From an uncultured delta proteobacterium (GTDB lineage: Bacteria; Desulfobacterota; Binatia; UBA9968): a stretch of DNA of 64,000 nt. Shown piece by piece: positions 1 to 8,813 of this stretch. The notes under the pieces were generated by a model. The model was not told where the DNA came from. It worked only from the letters and a program-made list of their open reading frames with translations, and did not search any database. The DNA lies in NCBI GenBank assembly GCA_963771465.1, contig CAVYTU010000015.1, forward strand, positions 1,201,357-1,265,356. Direction: 5' to 3'. Each line of letters begins with the position of its first letter. Positions within the stretch are counted from its first letter, which is position 1. A program made the translations under genes and the position numbers.

Positions 1-2
1 CG

Positions 3-719
3 GTGGTGCAGGAAGTGCGCGCCGTCAAGAGCGCCGAAGAAGTCGCTTTCATCGAGAAAGCCGCGGAAATTATCGGCCATGCCAACGAAGTCTTGATCGC
101 CCACGCGAAGCCGGGAGTGGGCGAACATGAGCTGATCGCGGAAATGCTCCGTGAAATCGTGCGCCGCGGCGGTGAGCCGATCACCATGATGCTGTTCGGC
201 ACCGGCGGTCCGGAAGTTCCCTGGGCGCAGCGCGTCTTTACCACGCGCAGGTTAAAACCCGGCGATCTGATCAACACCGAAGTGGAAGGCAAGTACGCCG
301 GCTACATCGCCCAAGCGCTGCAACCGATCTCCCTCGGTCCCAAACCGAAAGAGTTGGAAAAGATCTTCGACGCGACCAAAGTCATCTTCGATCGCATGGT
401 TAAATTCGTGAAACCCGGCATTACGTTCGGCGCCGTCGCGAAGTTCTACCAAGACGAAGTGGCGGCGGCGGGTTATGAACCCGACGGCGCGCTCATGCAC
501 GGCCGCGGCCTCGGTGAAGATGCGCCGATGCTCTGGGGCGCGCGCAAAGATTTTCCCGAGAAAGATCAGCAGTTGAAACAAGGCCATGTATTCATCTTGA
601 AGCCGGCCTGCAAACAAGGCTTCATGCGCGACTCCATCCGCGCCGGCGACACCGTGGCCATCGAAGCGAGCGGCGCGCGCCGGCTCGGCAAACGAGACCT
701 GACGTTTGTCGCGGTCTAA
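3..719 (+). CDS. M24 (Xaa-Pro peptidase/creatinase-like) family protein, 5' part outside window
   Basis: RAVKSAEE, KPGVGEHE, HGRG and GDTV motifs of the pita-bread fold; ORF open at the window edge. Confidence 0.85.
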   Translation: MVQEVRAVKSAEEVAFIEKAAEIIGHANEVLIAHAKPGVGEHELIAEMLREIVRRGGEPITMMLFGTGGPEVPWAQRVFTTRRLKPGDLINTEVEGKYAGYIAQALQPISLGPKPKELEKIFDATKVIFDRMVKFVKPGITFGAVAKFYQDEVAAAGYEPDGALMHGRGLGEDAPMLWGARKDFPEKDQQLKQGHVFILKPACKQGFMRDSIRAGDTVAIEASGARRLGKRDLTFVAV

Positions 720-817
720 CCGGCGGCTGCGCGATCGCCATCACGTTTCATGTCACCGCCTTGCGCATGGCGCGAGCGCTGTAATATAGATCAAGAAAAC
801 TCGCACTGGAGGTTTCC

Positions 818-1438
818 ATGAGCGATGAGAACGTTAACCCCGACGCGCCGCTGCACATTCGCGGCTTGAATCATCTAACCATCCCCGTCAAAGATCGTTA
901 TTGCGCAGCGCGATTTTACATCGTCGCTCTTGGCGCCGAAGCGCATCATGAATCGGCGCCCGATCGAGTGGCAAAAGGTTTGTCGCGCTCGCTGCAACTC
1001 GGCATTCGCATGGCCGCGGGCTTTGAAATCGATCTGTTCGAACAAGATTTCGGCCAACCGGACTGGAATCAGTCCCATCCCCATTTGGCACTCGACACTT
1101 CAGCGGAAGATTTGGAAAAATGGACCGAGCATTTCAAGAAATGGCGGATTCCTTTTGTCGGCCCGGTGACGCGTTCGGGCACCAAAGGCGCGGAAATTTA
1201 TTTCAACGACCCCGACGGCAATCACCTCGAAGTCCATTGCTCCGAAGTGCCGCAAGCGCAGCGCGGCAAATACCCCGTCGGTCCCTACGACAAGAGCCTG
1301 TGCGTGCACAAACAAGCATGGCCGCCGCAAGAATTGGCGGATGATGCCGAGCGGCTATTTCAAGCGTCGCTGACAACGCATGCGCGCCCGGCGAAAACCG
1401 CACTAAACGGCATGCCGCGATCAACCCGAAACACATGA
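818..1438 (+). CDS. VOC/glyoxalase family protein
   Basis: GLNHLTIPVKD, HLA and YFNDPDGNHLE motifs; GGAGG RBS; C-terminus possibly frameshifted. Confidence 0.85.
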   Translation: MSDENVNPDAPLHIRGLNHLTIPVKDRYCAARFYIVALGAEAHHESAPDRVAKGLSRSLQLGIRMAAGFEIDLFEQDFGQPDWNQSHPHLALDTSAEDLEKWTEHFKKWRIPFVGPVTRSGTKGAEIYFNDPDGNHLEVHCSEVPQAQRGKYPVGPYDKSLCVHKQAWPPQELADDAERLFQASLTTHARPAKTALNGMPRSTRNT

Positions 1439-1521
1439 TTCACCACGAAGGACACGAAGAGCACGAAGTTCGGAGTAATAATTTTTCGAACCTTCGTGTC
1501 CTTCGTGATCTTCGTGGTGAA
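1439..1521. repeat. Intergenic REP-like palindrome (ACGAAG x3 / CTTCGT x3)
   Basis: TTCACCACGAAGGACACGAAGAGCACGAAG...CTTCGTGTCCTTCGTGATCTTCGTGGTGAA forms an imperfect ~83-nt hairpin. Confidence 0.8.
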
Positions 1522-1554
1522 AAGAATTTTCGTGCCTTAAACGAAAGAATAAAA

Positions 1555-2780
1555 ATGGCTGAACTGTACCCATATCCTCGTTTCTCCCTCGCTGAGCGCG
1601 ACCGGCGCTGGAAAGCCGTACGCGCGAAAATGGCCGAGCAGCATATCGACGTCATCGTCACGCCGCAAAACACCGGCCACTCGATGGACTTTCAAGCCAA
1701 CACCCGCTACTTGACCCACTGCGGCGGCGGCGGCGACGCCGATATCGCCGCGGTGTTTCCGCTGACGGCGACGTCACGGCCATCGCGACATCGGCAAATC
1801 CGCGTTGGACGACGACGCAAGATTGGACTACCGACGTGCGCGAGGCGCGGCGCGAACTACGGTGCGAAAGTATCGTCGAGCGCTTAAAAGAATTGAATAT
1901 CGAGCGCGGCCGCATCGGCATCGCCGGCCTCGGCGAAGTCGAAGGCACGCGCACGCCGGAAGGCACGATTCTTCACGGCACCTACGAAAAAATCCGCGAC
2001 AGCCTTTCCCCAAGCCGAGATCGTCGACGCCACGCCGATCTTAACCGAAGTCCGTTACATCAAGAGCCAGGAAGAAATCGAGGTTTTGACCAAATCGATG
2101 GAGATCGTCGAGCTCGCCTATCAAGCCGAGATCGAAACGGCGCGACGCCGGGGTCAGAGATTGGGACGTTTGGGCCGCCACGCAGTACGCGCTCATGCGC
2201 AACGGCTCGGAGATGCCGGTGCACTGCAATTGGATCTCCGGAAAAAACGTCCGGCGCACTTTGACCCGTCCGAGCATGCGCATCTTAGAGCGCGGCGATT
2301 TGATCATTAATGAAGTCGAAGCTTCATGGATCGGTTATCGCTCCCAAGGTGTGCAGCCGGTTTTCGTCGGCATCGCCGATCCGGTGCATCAGGAATTGAT
2401 CAAAGTGCAACGCGAGATTTTCAATCGCGTCATGGAGAATTTGAAACCGGGCGTATCCGTGAAGGAGCTCGCTGAGCTGACAATTAAAACCGGCGAAGCC
2501 ACCGCGCCAAAAAGCGGACCGGCCGCCGGCGCGCGCGGCGATTTGAATATGCACGGCCGCGGCGCCGGCGACGACGGCCCGATCATCACGCGCGCACGCC
2601 AAAAGCCCGCGCCAGCTCGCCAGTCACACTGCAAGAAAACATGGTGTTCATCTGCAAGCCATCGGCCATCTCCGCCGACGGCCAATCGCTCAGCACCTGG
2701 GGCGACACCATCGTCATCACGCCAAAGGCGGCCAACGGCTCGGCAAACGGCCCCATGATCTAGCGGTGTCGGCGGGATAA
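1555..2780 (+). pseudogene. M24 family protein broken by several frameshifts (pseudogene or sequencing errors)
   Basis: Consecutive pieces MAELYPYPRFSLAERDRRW, RIGIAGL, IKSQEEIE, MHGRGAGDDGP, ICKP and WGDT lie in different frames; ends ...DLAVSAG-TAA at 2780. Confidence 0.8.
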
Positions 2781-3033
2781 AACCGCAGCCCGCGTAGAAA
2801 CGGTCCGGAATTTCCATCGATATTTCCTTACGGTCAATAAACAATTCCGCAGCGCTGCGAGGTTCGAACTCGGCGATGAGATTGTCACCGCTCACTCTCG
2901 ATGTCTTCGTAGCGGACAGCCGGATTGCGCTTGCATGCGGAATGACGGACTTCGGATGGCGTTAACTTTACGCAAGCTGGGAACACAACATTGTTTTCCC
3001 AGTTGCAGCATCGACATTCGTAGCACATTCGAT

Positions 3034-4509
3034 TCAGCGAATGAAATCGCCGTCATCGCCCACGCAAACCAATCGCCGAAGCGAACGTAGTAAGTCTCCT
3101 CGTTCAAAATATCGACATCGGTCTGCAATCGTTGCCGGCGTGAACATCGGCAGCGTCTTGACGACCTCGCCTCGAGCATTGACCAACGAAGTCACGCCCG
3201 TGTTGGTGACCCGGAGCAAACTGCGCCGGGTTTCGATGGCGCGTGATTGCGCCAGGCGCAGGTGCTGCCATGGGCCAACGGATTTTCCGTACCAAGCGTC
3301 GTTGGTGAGATTGACCAGAACGTTGGCGCGAGTTTCTTTAACGAATTCGCGCGCAAGATGCGGCATCAGATCCTCGTAGCAGATCAGCGGCGCGACCCGC
3401 ACGCCGCGTCCTAAATGAAACGCCACCGGCCCGGCGCCGGCGGTAAACCCGTCAGCAAACGGCATGGCGGGCAACAACGAGAGAATTTTCGCGAAGGGCA
3501 GATATTCACCGAAAGCCAACAGCACCTGCTTGTGATAGCGCGCCAGAATTCTTCCGTTGGCGTCCGTCAAAAACGCGGTGTTAAATGCCTTGATGTCCGA
3601 GCGCCCCGGCCTGCCGCGCACGCTCTTAGCGCCAAATATGAACGAAGCCCGGTCGGCTTTAAAACTTGGCATCAGCTCCTTCGGCAACACCTGAAGGGTT
3701 TCAGGCACGATCACTTCCATCGCCGACTCTGGCCAGATCACCAGCGGCACAGCGGCTAATTCATCGGTGAGCCTGCGGTGCTGGTCGAGATTTTTTTGCG
3801 CCAAAACGGGATTCCACTTCATGTCGATATCGACATTGCCCTGCACCACGCCCACCGATAATTTGCGCGCGTCAGCCAATTCCGCGTCGACAACTTGCAG
3901 CCGTTGGTAGCCATAGACGAGCGAAACGACTAGAGCCAACACTGCGTACGCCAGCGGCATCCAGGTAGCGTACCGCTCTCGCTTGGGCGCGAAGAGAGCG
4001 TGATAAATCGCCGCGTTCAACCACATGATGATGAAACCGGCGCCGTACGGCCCGACCAAGTCGGCGCTCTGTATCAACCATAGAAAAGACACCTGAGAGT
4101 TGGCGATATACCAGGGAAACAAGAGCGGAAATAAAAACTCCAAGGGCACCCAAAACAGCGCCGGGAAAATCGCCAGCGGGCCAAAGCCGACGGCGCGCAC
4201 GAGCAACGCGAAGAGCGCCATCTGGATCGCCTGCAATGCGGCGTAAGCGATGAATACAATCACGCTCACCGGATAGGGAAAACCGCCGAAGGCACTGATG
4301 GTATAAACCAGCCAGTGGAAACCGATCACATGCGCCGCCAAACCCATGAGCCAACCGTAGAATACCGCGCGGCGCAAATTTTCTGCCCGCTGGACACCCC
4401 AAAACAGCGGCACGAACGCAAACCATGCGAGCGGGAATAGCGCTGGTGACAAATAAGGAGCCGCTAGTAAGACAGCCGAAACGAGGGCAGCGAAAAAATT
4501 ACTTGACAT
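3034..4509 (-). CDS. lnt: Apolipoprotein N-acyltransferase (frameshift near C-terminus at ~3125)
   Basis: Multi-TM N-terminus; QGN, WPES, YHKQVLLAFGEY, ICYE, TNDAWYG and NTGVT motifs; TYYVRFGDWF continues in another frame. Confidence 0.93.
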   Translation of the reverse strand: MSSNFFAALVSAVLLAAPYLSPALFPLAWFAFVPLFWGVQRAENLRRAVFYGWLMGLAAHVIGFHWLVYTISAFGGFPYPVSVIVFIAYAALQAIQMALFALLVRAVGFGPLAIFPALFWVPLEFLFPLLFPWYIANSQVSFLWLIQSADLVGPYGAGFIIMWLNAAIYHALFAPKRERYATWMPLAYAVLALVVSLVYGYQRLQVVDAELADARKLSVGVVQGNVDIDMKWNPVLAQKNLDQHRRLTDELAAVPLVIWPESAMEVIVPETLQVLPKELMPSFKADRASFIFGAKSVRGRPGRSDIKAFNTAFLTDANGRILARYHKQVLLAFGEYLPFAKILSLLPAMPFADGFTAGAGPVAFHLGRGVRVAPLICYEDLMPHLAREFVKETRANVLVNLTNDAWYGKSVGPWQHLRLAQSRAIETRRSLLRVTNTGVTSLVNARGEVVKTLPMFTPATIADRCRYFERGDLLRSLRRLVCVGDDGDFIR

Positions 4510-4753
4510 AGAAAATAATTAAATATAAACGAGTTCTCGTCGAGACTTGGCCGGCGAAATCTTCGCAGGCGAAGTGAGCTCTCGCTCTTTTTGCATCGCG
4601 AGCCTGAGTCTAAATTCTCCCCTGAACTCGACGGTTCGCTCCGAACTTCAGGACGAAACGTTAACTGGTTATCGAGCCGCCAACAAAAAAGAATTTCATC
4701 AGAATTAGCACGAACCCGATGTAATGATAACTCAGCGCTCACCGGAGGAGTCC

Positions 4754-6475
4754 ATGGCATCAAACTACCGCAGGGTTGTTTTGGGTATCGCAGTAATCAT
4801 TTTGGTTACTGCGCTCGTGGGTCATGCCCCGGCTGCGGAAGAGCCGATCGTTGACAGTGAGTGGGGAAGTTTTCTCAAAGATAAAGTCTCTTTCAACGGC
4901 TTCGTTGAAAATACCACTGGACTCTCGATCAGCCACGGCAGCCGGTTCTTCAATACGTCGAATCGTTTCATCATGAACCGGACGACCTTTCAGCCTGAGT
5001 TCAATGTAGAGGCTGCCGATTGGGCGAAGTTTTTCATCTCCTGGCGGTTTGTCAAAGAACCCCGCTACAACGCCGAAGCCAAAAGCCGTCGGGTGGCGGT
5101 CAACCCCAAACCGGTGCAACCTCTCGGCAACACGTATTACGACGAATACAGCCCCAAACCGTGGGAGGCAGTTCTCGATCTCAAACCGTCCGACAGCCTG
5201 AAAATTAGATTGGGCAGGCAATTCATTTCCTGGGGGGAAACCGACGGGCTGAGGCTCCTGGACGTGATCAATCCGCAGGATGGGACGTTTGCGCCGTCAC
5301 TAGCGCCGAATTTATTCGACCTCGACGAAACGAGAATTCCTTCTTGGGGCGTTAGGCTGACCTACACGATTCGCCCGGTAAGCAATACCAATCTCGAGTT
5401 GGTCGCTCTTCCCGGCTACTGGGACGAGCCAAAACAACGCGTCGACGAAATTCTCGGCAGCAACGACATCCGTAGCGAAAAAGTGCGCTACGGCCGATGG
5501 TCGTCATACCCTGAAACGCGCATGCCTGCCGCTCTCGGCGGCATCGGCCGCTTTTATGGAAATCCCTCGGGTCCGGTGCCGGTGGTCATTCCCCAGGTTT
5601 CCAGAGAGCTACCGGACGCCGGAGACAGTTGGAAAATCGGTGCAAGATTCACCCATACCATCGGCGCGTTGAATTTTGGACTCGGTTATATCTGGGGCTT
5701 CAATCCGCAGGCTGGCGACATGGTGTTCAAGTTAAAGGGCAAAGGCTGCCTGCCACCGGCCACCGGTCCACAGTGCCGCATCGGCGGCGTTGCCGCGCCG
5801 CTTCCGACCACGGTGAACATTGCGCTGGTAAACGACCGCACCAGTATTTTCGCCGGCCATTTCAATTACACGGTAAACGACCTTGCTGGCGTACCCGTTA
5901 ACACCGCGATCCGCGGCGAGGTCGCTTTCTATCCCTCCGAACCTTATAACATCTCGGAATTCCCCGGCCGCAATTGTGCCACCGGCGCGCTAACCGGTCT
6001 GATCGCCGGACCGCGCTGCAAACGCGGCGTCGAAGACTCGGACGCCGTGGTGGAAAAGAATACGCTGCGCTACGCGCTGGGCTTTGACCGCACGACCTTG
6101 ATACCGTTTTTGCAGGAAGATCCGTGGCGGCCATTTCGCTTTTCCTTCCAGTTTTTTCAGCGCGCCATCTTCGCTCACGAAGACGGCATCCGGGTGTTTT
6201 CGACGGCCAACAAGATCGCCAAGATTACCACGGTGCTCACCTTGCGCGGCTCCACCGGCTATTTTGGCGACACCATTCTTCCCGACGTATTTCTCGCGTA
6301 CGACCCGCAAGGCTATTGGGCGGCAAACCCAGCGGTTACCTATGCACCGTCGTGGAACGAACGGCTTAAGTTCACTCTGACCGCAGCCATTTATGGCGGC
6401 AAGGATAAGTTCAGCTTTCCCGGATCGCTTTCGGAAAAGGATTCGGTGTTCTTAAAAATGCGCTATCAGTTCTAA
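4754..6475 (+). CDS. DUF1302-like outer-membrane beta-barrel protein
   Basis: Signal peptide; LGRQFISWGETDGLRLLDVINP; C-terminal YQF; first gene of a DUF1302-DUF1329-YCF48-RND module. Confidence 0.75.
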   Translation: MASNYRRVVLGIAVIILVTALVGHAPAAEEPIVDSEWGSFLKDKVSFNGFVENTTGLSISHGSRFFNTSNRFIMNRTTFQPEFNVEAADWAKFFISWRFVKEPRYNAEAKSRRVAVNPKPVQPLGNTYYDEYSPKPWEAVLDLKPSDSLKIRLGRQFISWGETDGLRLLDVINPQDGTFAPSLAPNLFDLDETRIPSWGVRLTYTIRPVSNTNLELVALPGYWDEPKQRVDEILGSNDIRSEKVRYGRWSSYPETRMPAALGGIGRFYGNPSGPVPVVIPQVSRELPDAGDSWKIGARFTHTIGALNFGLGYIWGFNPQAGDMVFKLKGKGCLPPATGPQCRIGGVAAPLPTTVNIALVNDRTSIFAGHFNYTVNDLAGVPVNTAIRGEVAFYPSEPYNISEFPGRNCATGALTGLIAGPRCKRGVEDSDAVVEKNTLRYALGFDRTTLIPFLQEDPWRPFRFSFQFFQRAIFAHEDGIRVFSTANKIAKITTVLTLRGSTGYFGDTILPDVFLAYDPQGYWAANPAVTYAPSWNERLKFTLTAAIYGGKDKFSFPGSLSEKDSVFLKMRYQF

Positions 6476-6496
6476 CTCTTGCAGGAGAATTACGAA

Positions 6497-7720
6497 ATGA
6501 GAATCCCGCGAATAGTCTTCGCCGCCATCCTAATTATCTTTGTGGCGTTATCGCTGCCATCGTCCAGCCCTGCGGCGGATACGGAGCTCAAATCCGGCGA
6601 CACCATCGGACCGAATAACTGGCAGCGGATTCAAGGCATGGTCGGCGACAATTTTTTGAATCGGATCAAAGCCGGCCACTCCTTGCAGATCAAACCGGCC
6701 AAGACCTATCGCCATATAAAGGAATACACCGAAGCCACCGATAAATACGCCGCCAAAGTTCGCCTCGGCGCCAACGGTGAACTGGTTGGCTACGTCGCCG
6801 GGCAGCCTTTTCCAAAATTCGAAACGAGCGATCCGCAGATCGGCCAAAAGCTCGCTTGGAATTTTTTCTGGCGCTGGCTGGGTGACGATTACAAGACGGG
6901 TGGCGCGGTCAAAGGCGGCAAGATAATCCGTTCGGTCATCGAAAAAGGTGGCGCGGAACGGCGCGCCGATCTAGTTTCCTACTTTCTCTTTCCACGCACC
7001 CGTTACAATTCGGATCCTAAACCGGTGATTCCAGGCTACGAGCATATCGATTACATGCAGCTCCGTATCGACAGTTATCCGCGCGACGCCGCGGGCACGA
7101 CGACCTTGGAGATCCGTTACGCCGATCCCAATCGTGCCGACGATTTGTATATTTACATTCCGAGCATTCGCCGCATCCGCCGCGCGACCACGACACAACG
7201 CTGCCAGACGCTGGCGCCGAGTGAGTTCAATCTCGACGATATCAACAGCTTCAACGGTAAGATCACCGACTTCAACTACAAACTTCTTGGCGAAAAAAAG
7301 ATGCTGGCGAATTTGAGCCAAGAACATCTGCCCTTCAATCGGAAGCCAGGCGACTATTTGCCCCTCGATGAGAAGTGGGAAGTCGTCGACACCTACGTGC
7401 TCGAGGTCACGCCCAAGGACCCGAACTATTGCTATCCGAGAAAGCTGCTGCATCTGAACAAGGTGACCTTCGACACCCATTGGACTTTGATCTGGGATAA
7501 GCGCGGCGATTACTGGAAAGAACAGTTCGGCATGTTCACGCCGGTTAAACTGTCCGATGGCCGGGAAGTTTGGTCGGTCGGAGACGTGACCATTCTTAAT
7601 GTCCAAAACGGCCGTTCGACAATCGTGACTTCGACGCGCGCATACAACAAGGGCTATCCAGCCAGCATGTTCAGTTTAGCAACGTTGGAAAGCATTATGC
7701 GCGGCGGATCCATCGAGTAA
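6497..7720 (+). CDS. DUF1329 / outer-membrane lipoprotein-sorting-like periplasmic protein
   Basis: Signal peptide; GQPFP, DP..G.K.AWN, YIPSIRRIRR, WDKRGDYWK motifs. Confidence 0.85.
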   Translation: MRIPRIVFAAILIIFVALSLPSSSPAADTELKSGDTIGPNNWQRIQGMVGDNFLNRIKAGHSLQIKPAKTYRHIKEYTEATDKYAAKVRLGANGELVGYVAGQPFPKFETSDPQIGQKLAWNFFWRWLGDDYKTGGAVKGGKIIRSVIEKGGAERRADLVSYFLFPRTRYNSDPKPVIPGYEHIDYMQLRIDSYPRDAAGTTTLEIRYADPNRADDLYIYIPSIRRIRRATTTQRCQTLAPSEFNLDDINSFNGKITDFNYKLLGEKKMLANLSQEHLPFNRKPGDYLPLDEKWEVVDTYVLEVTPKDPNYCYPRKLLHLNKVTFDTHWTLIWDKRGDYWKEQFGMFTPVKLSDGREVWSVGDVTILNVQNGRSTIVTSTRAYNKGYPASMFSLATLESIMRGGSIE

Positions 7721-7736
7721 TTGCGATCGCCGCTCA

Positions 7737-8813
7737 ATGCGAGCGCGTCTCACGTCGGTCATCTCTGAGCCAGTTTTCATGCGCGCCATTATCGCATTGT
7801 TCGCCGGGCTGGTTTTTGAACTTATCTGCCTGGTTTCTCAATCTCACGCCGGCACCGTTCTCAAAGAAACTGCGTTCAACGAGAATTTCTATAGCGTTCA
7901 CATCGTCGATGATCGCGCCTGGATCGTTGGCTATTACGGCGCGATCTTGCACTCGCCGGATCGCGGCGTGACTTGGCAAATCCAGCCGAGCCCCACACGG
8001 AACGCCTTATTCAGCGTCGAATTTATCACTCGTGACAAAGGCTGGATCGCCGGCAGTTACGGCACGATTCTCCACACCCTCGACGGCGGCAAGAACTGGC
8101 GACCCCAATCAAGCGGCACGACCGAACATCTGTTTGGCCTGGCAATCGCCGATGAGAACTACGGCTGGGCCGTGGGCAGCCGCGGCACCACTTTGCGCAC
8201 GGAGAACGGCGGCCGGTCATGGTCGAGTACGTTAGTACCGGGAGATTTTACTTTCAGCGGCGTCGCCTTCACCGATCGATCCCACGGTTGGATCGTCGGC
8301 GAGTTCGGCGTTATTTTTCAAACGATCGATGGCGGCAAGACTTGGCTCAAACAAAAAAGTCCCATTGAAGTCTCCTTCGCTAGTGGCGAAAGCCGGAATC
8401 TTTTTGCGCTGCAACTTAACGGCGTGAATTCCGGCTATGCCTTTGGACTCGACGGCCTGGTGCTGAAAATTCGCGCTGGCAAGGCGTGGGACGTCGTCCG
8501 CCAACCAAGCGCTATGGATAAATTGGCGGAAGCCAATCATCTATTCGCCGCCGCCACGTCGCAGGACCAAATCTGGGCCGTGGGTGAGCGCGGCACCTTG
8601 CTGCGATCGGATTCTGACGGCAAGCACTGGCAGCAGGCCCAAGGCGAAATACCGCGTACCAGTTTGAACGGCGTCGCCTTTGGCAAGACTGGCTTTGGCT
8701 TAGTCGTCGGCAACCGTGGCGTGGTTCTGCGCACCGAGGATGGCGGCGCGTCTTGGCAAAGACTTAAGATCAACAGTCAATCTCCAGCCAAGGATTTGGG
8801 CCGCGTCCCATGA
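7737..8813 (+). CDS. YCF48-like / BNR-repeat beta-propeller protein
   Basis: Repeated W.VG..G.IL.T.DGG..W; alternative start at 7779. Confidence 0.9.
   Translation: MRARLTSVISEPVFMRAIIALFAGLVFELICLVSQSHAGTVLKETAFNENFYSVHIVDDRAWIVGYYGAILHSPDRGVTWQIQPSPTRNALFSVEFITRDKGWIAGSYGTILHTLDGGKNWRPQSSGTTEHLFGLAIADENYGWAVGSRGTTLRTENGGRSWSSTLVPGDFTFSGVAFTDRSHGWIVGEFGVIFQTIDGGKTWLKQKSPIEVSFASGESRNLFALQLNGVNSGYAFGLDGLVLKIRAGKAWDVVRQPSAMDKLAEANHLFAAATSQDQIWAVGERGTLLRSDSDGKHWQQAQGEIPRTSLNGVAFGKTGFGLVVGNRGVVLRTEDGGASWQRLKINSQSPAKDLGRVP

Noticed and set aside
1380-3130. Cluster of frameshifts as programmed frameshifting or true pseudogenisation
   Set aside because: Many single-base indels across adjacent genes, including normally essential lnt, are more simply explained by sequencing or assembly error; this needs read-level checking.
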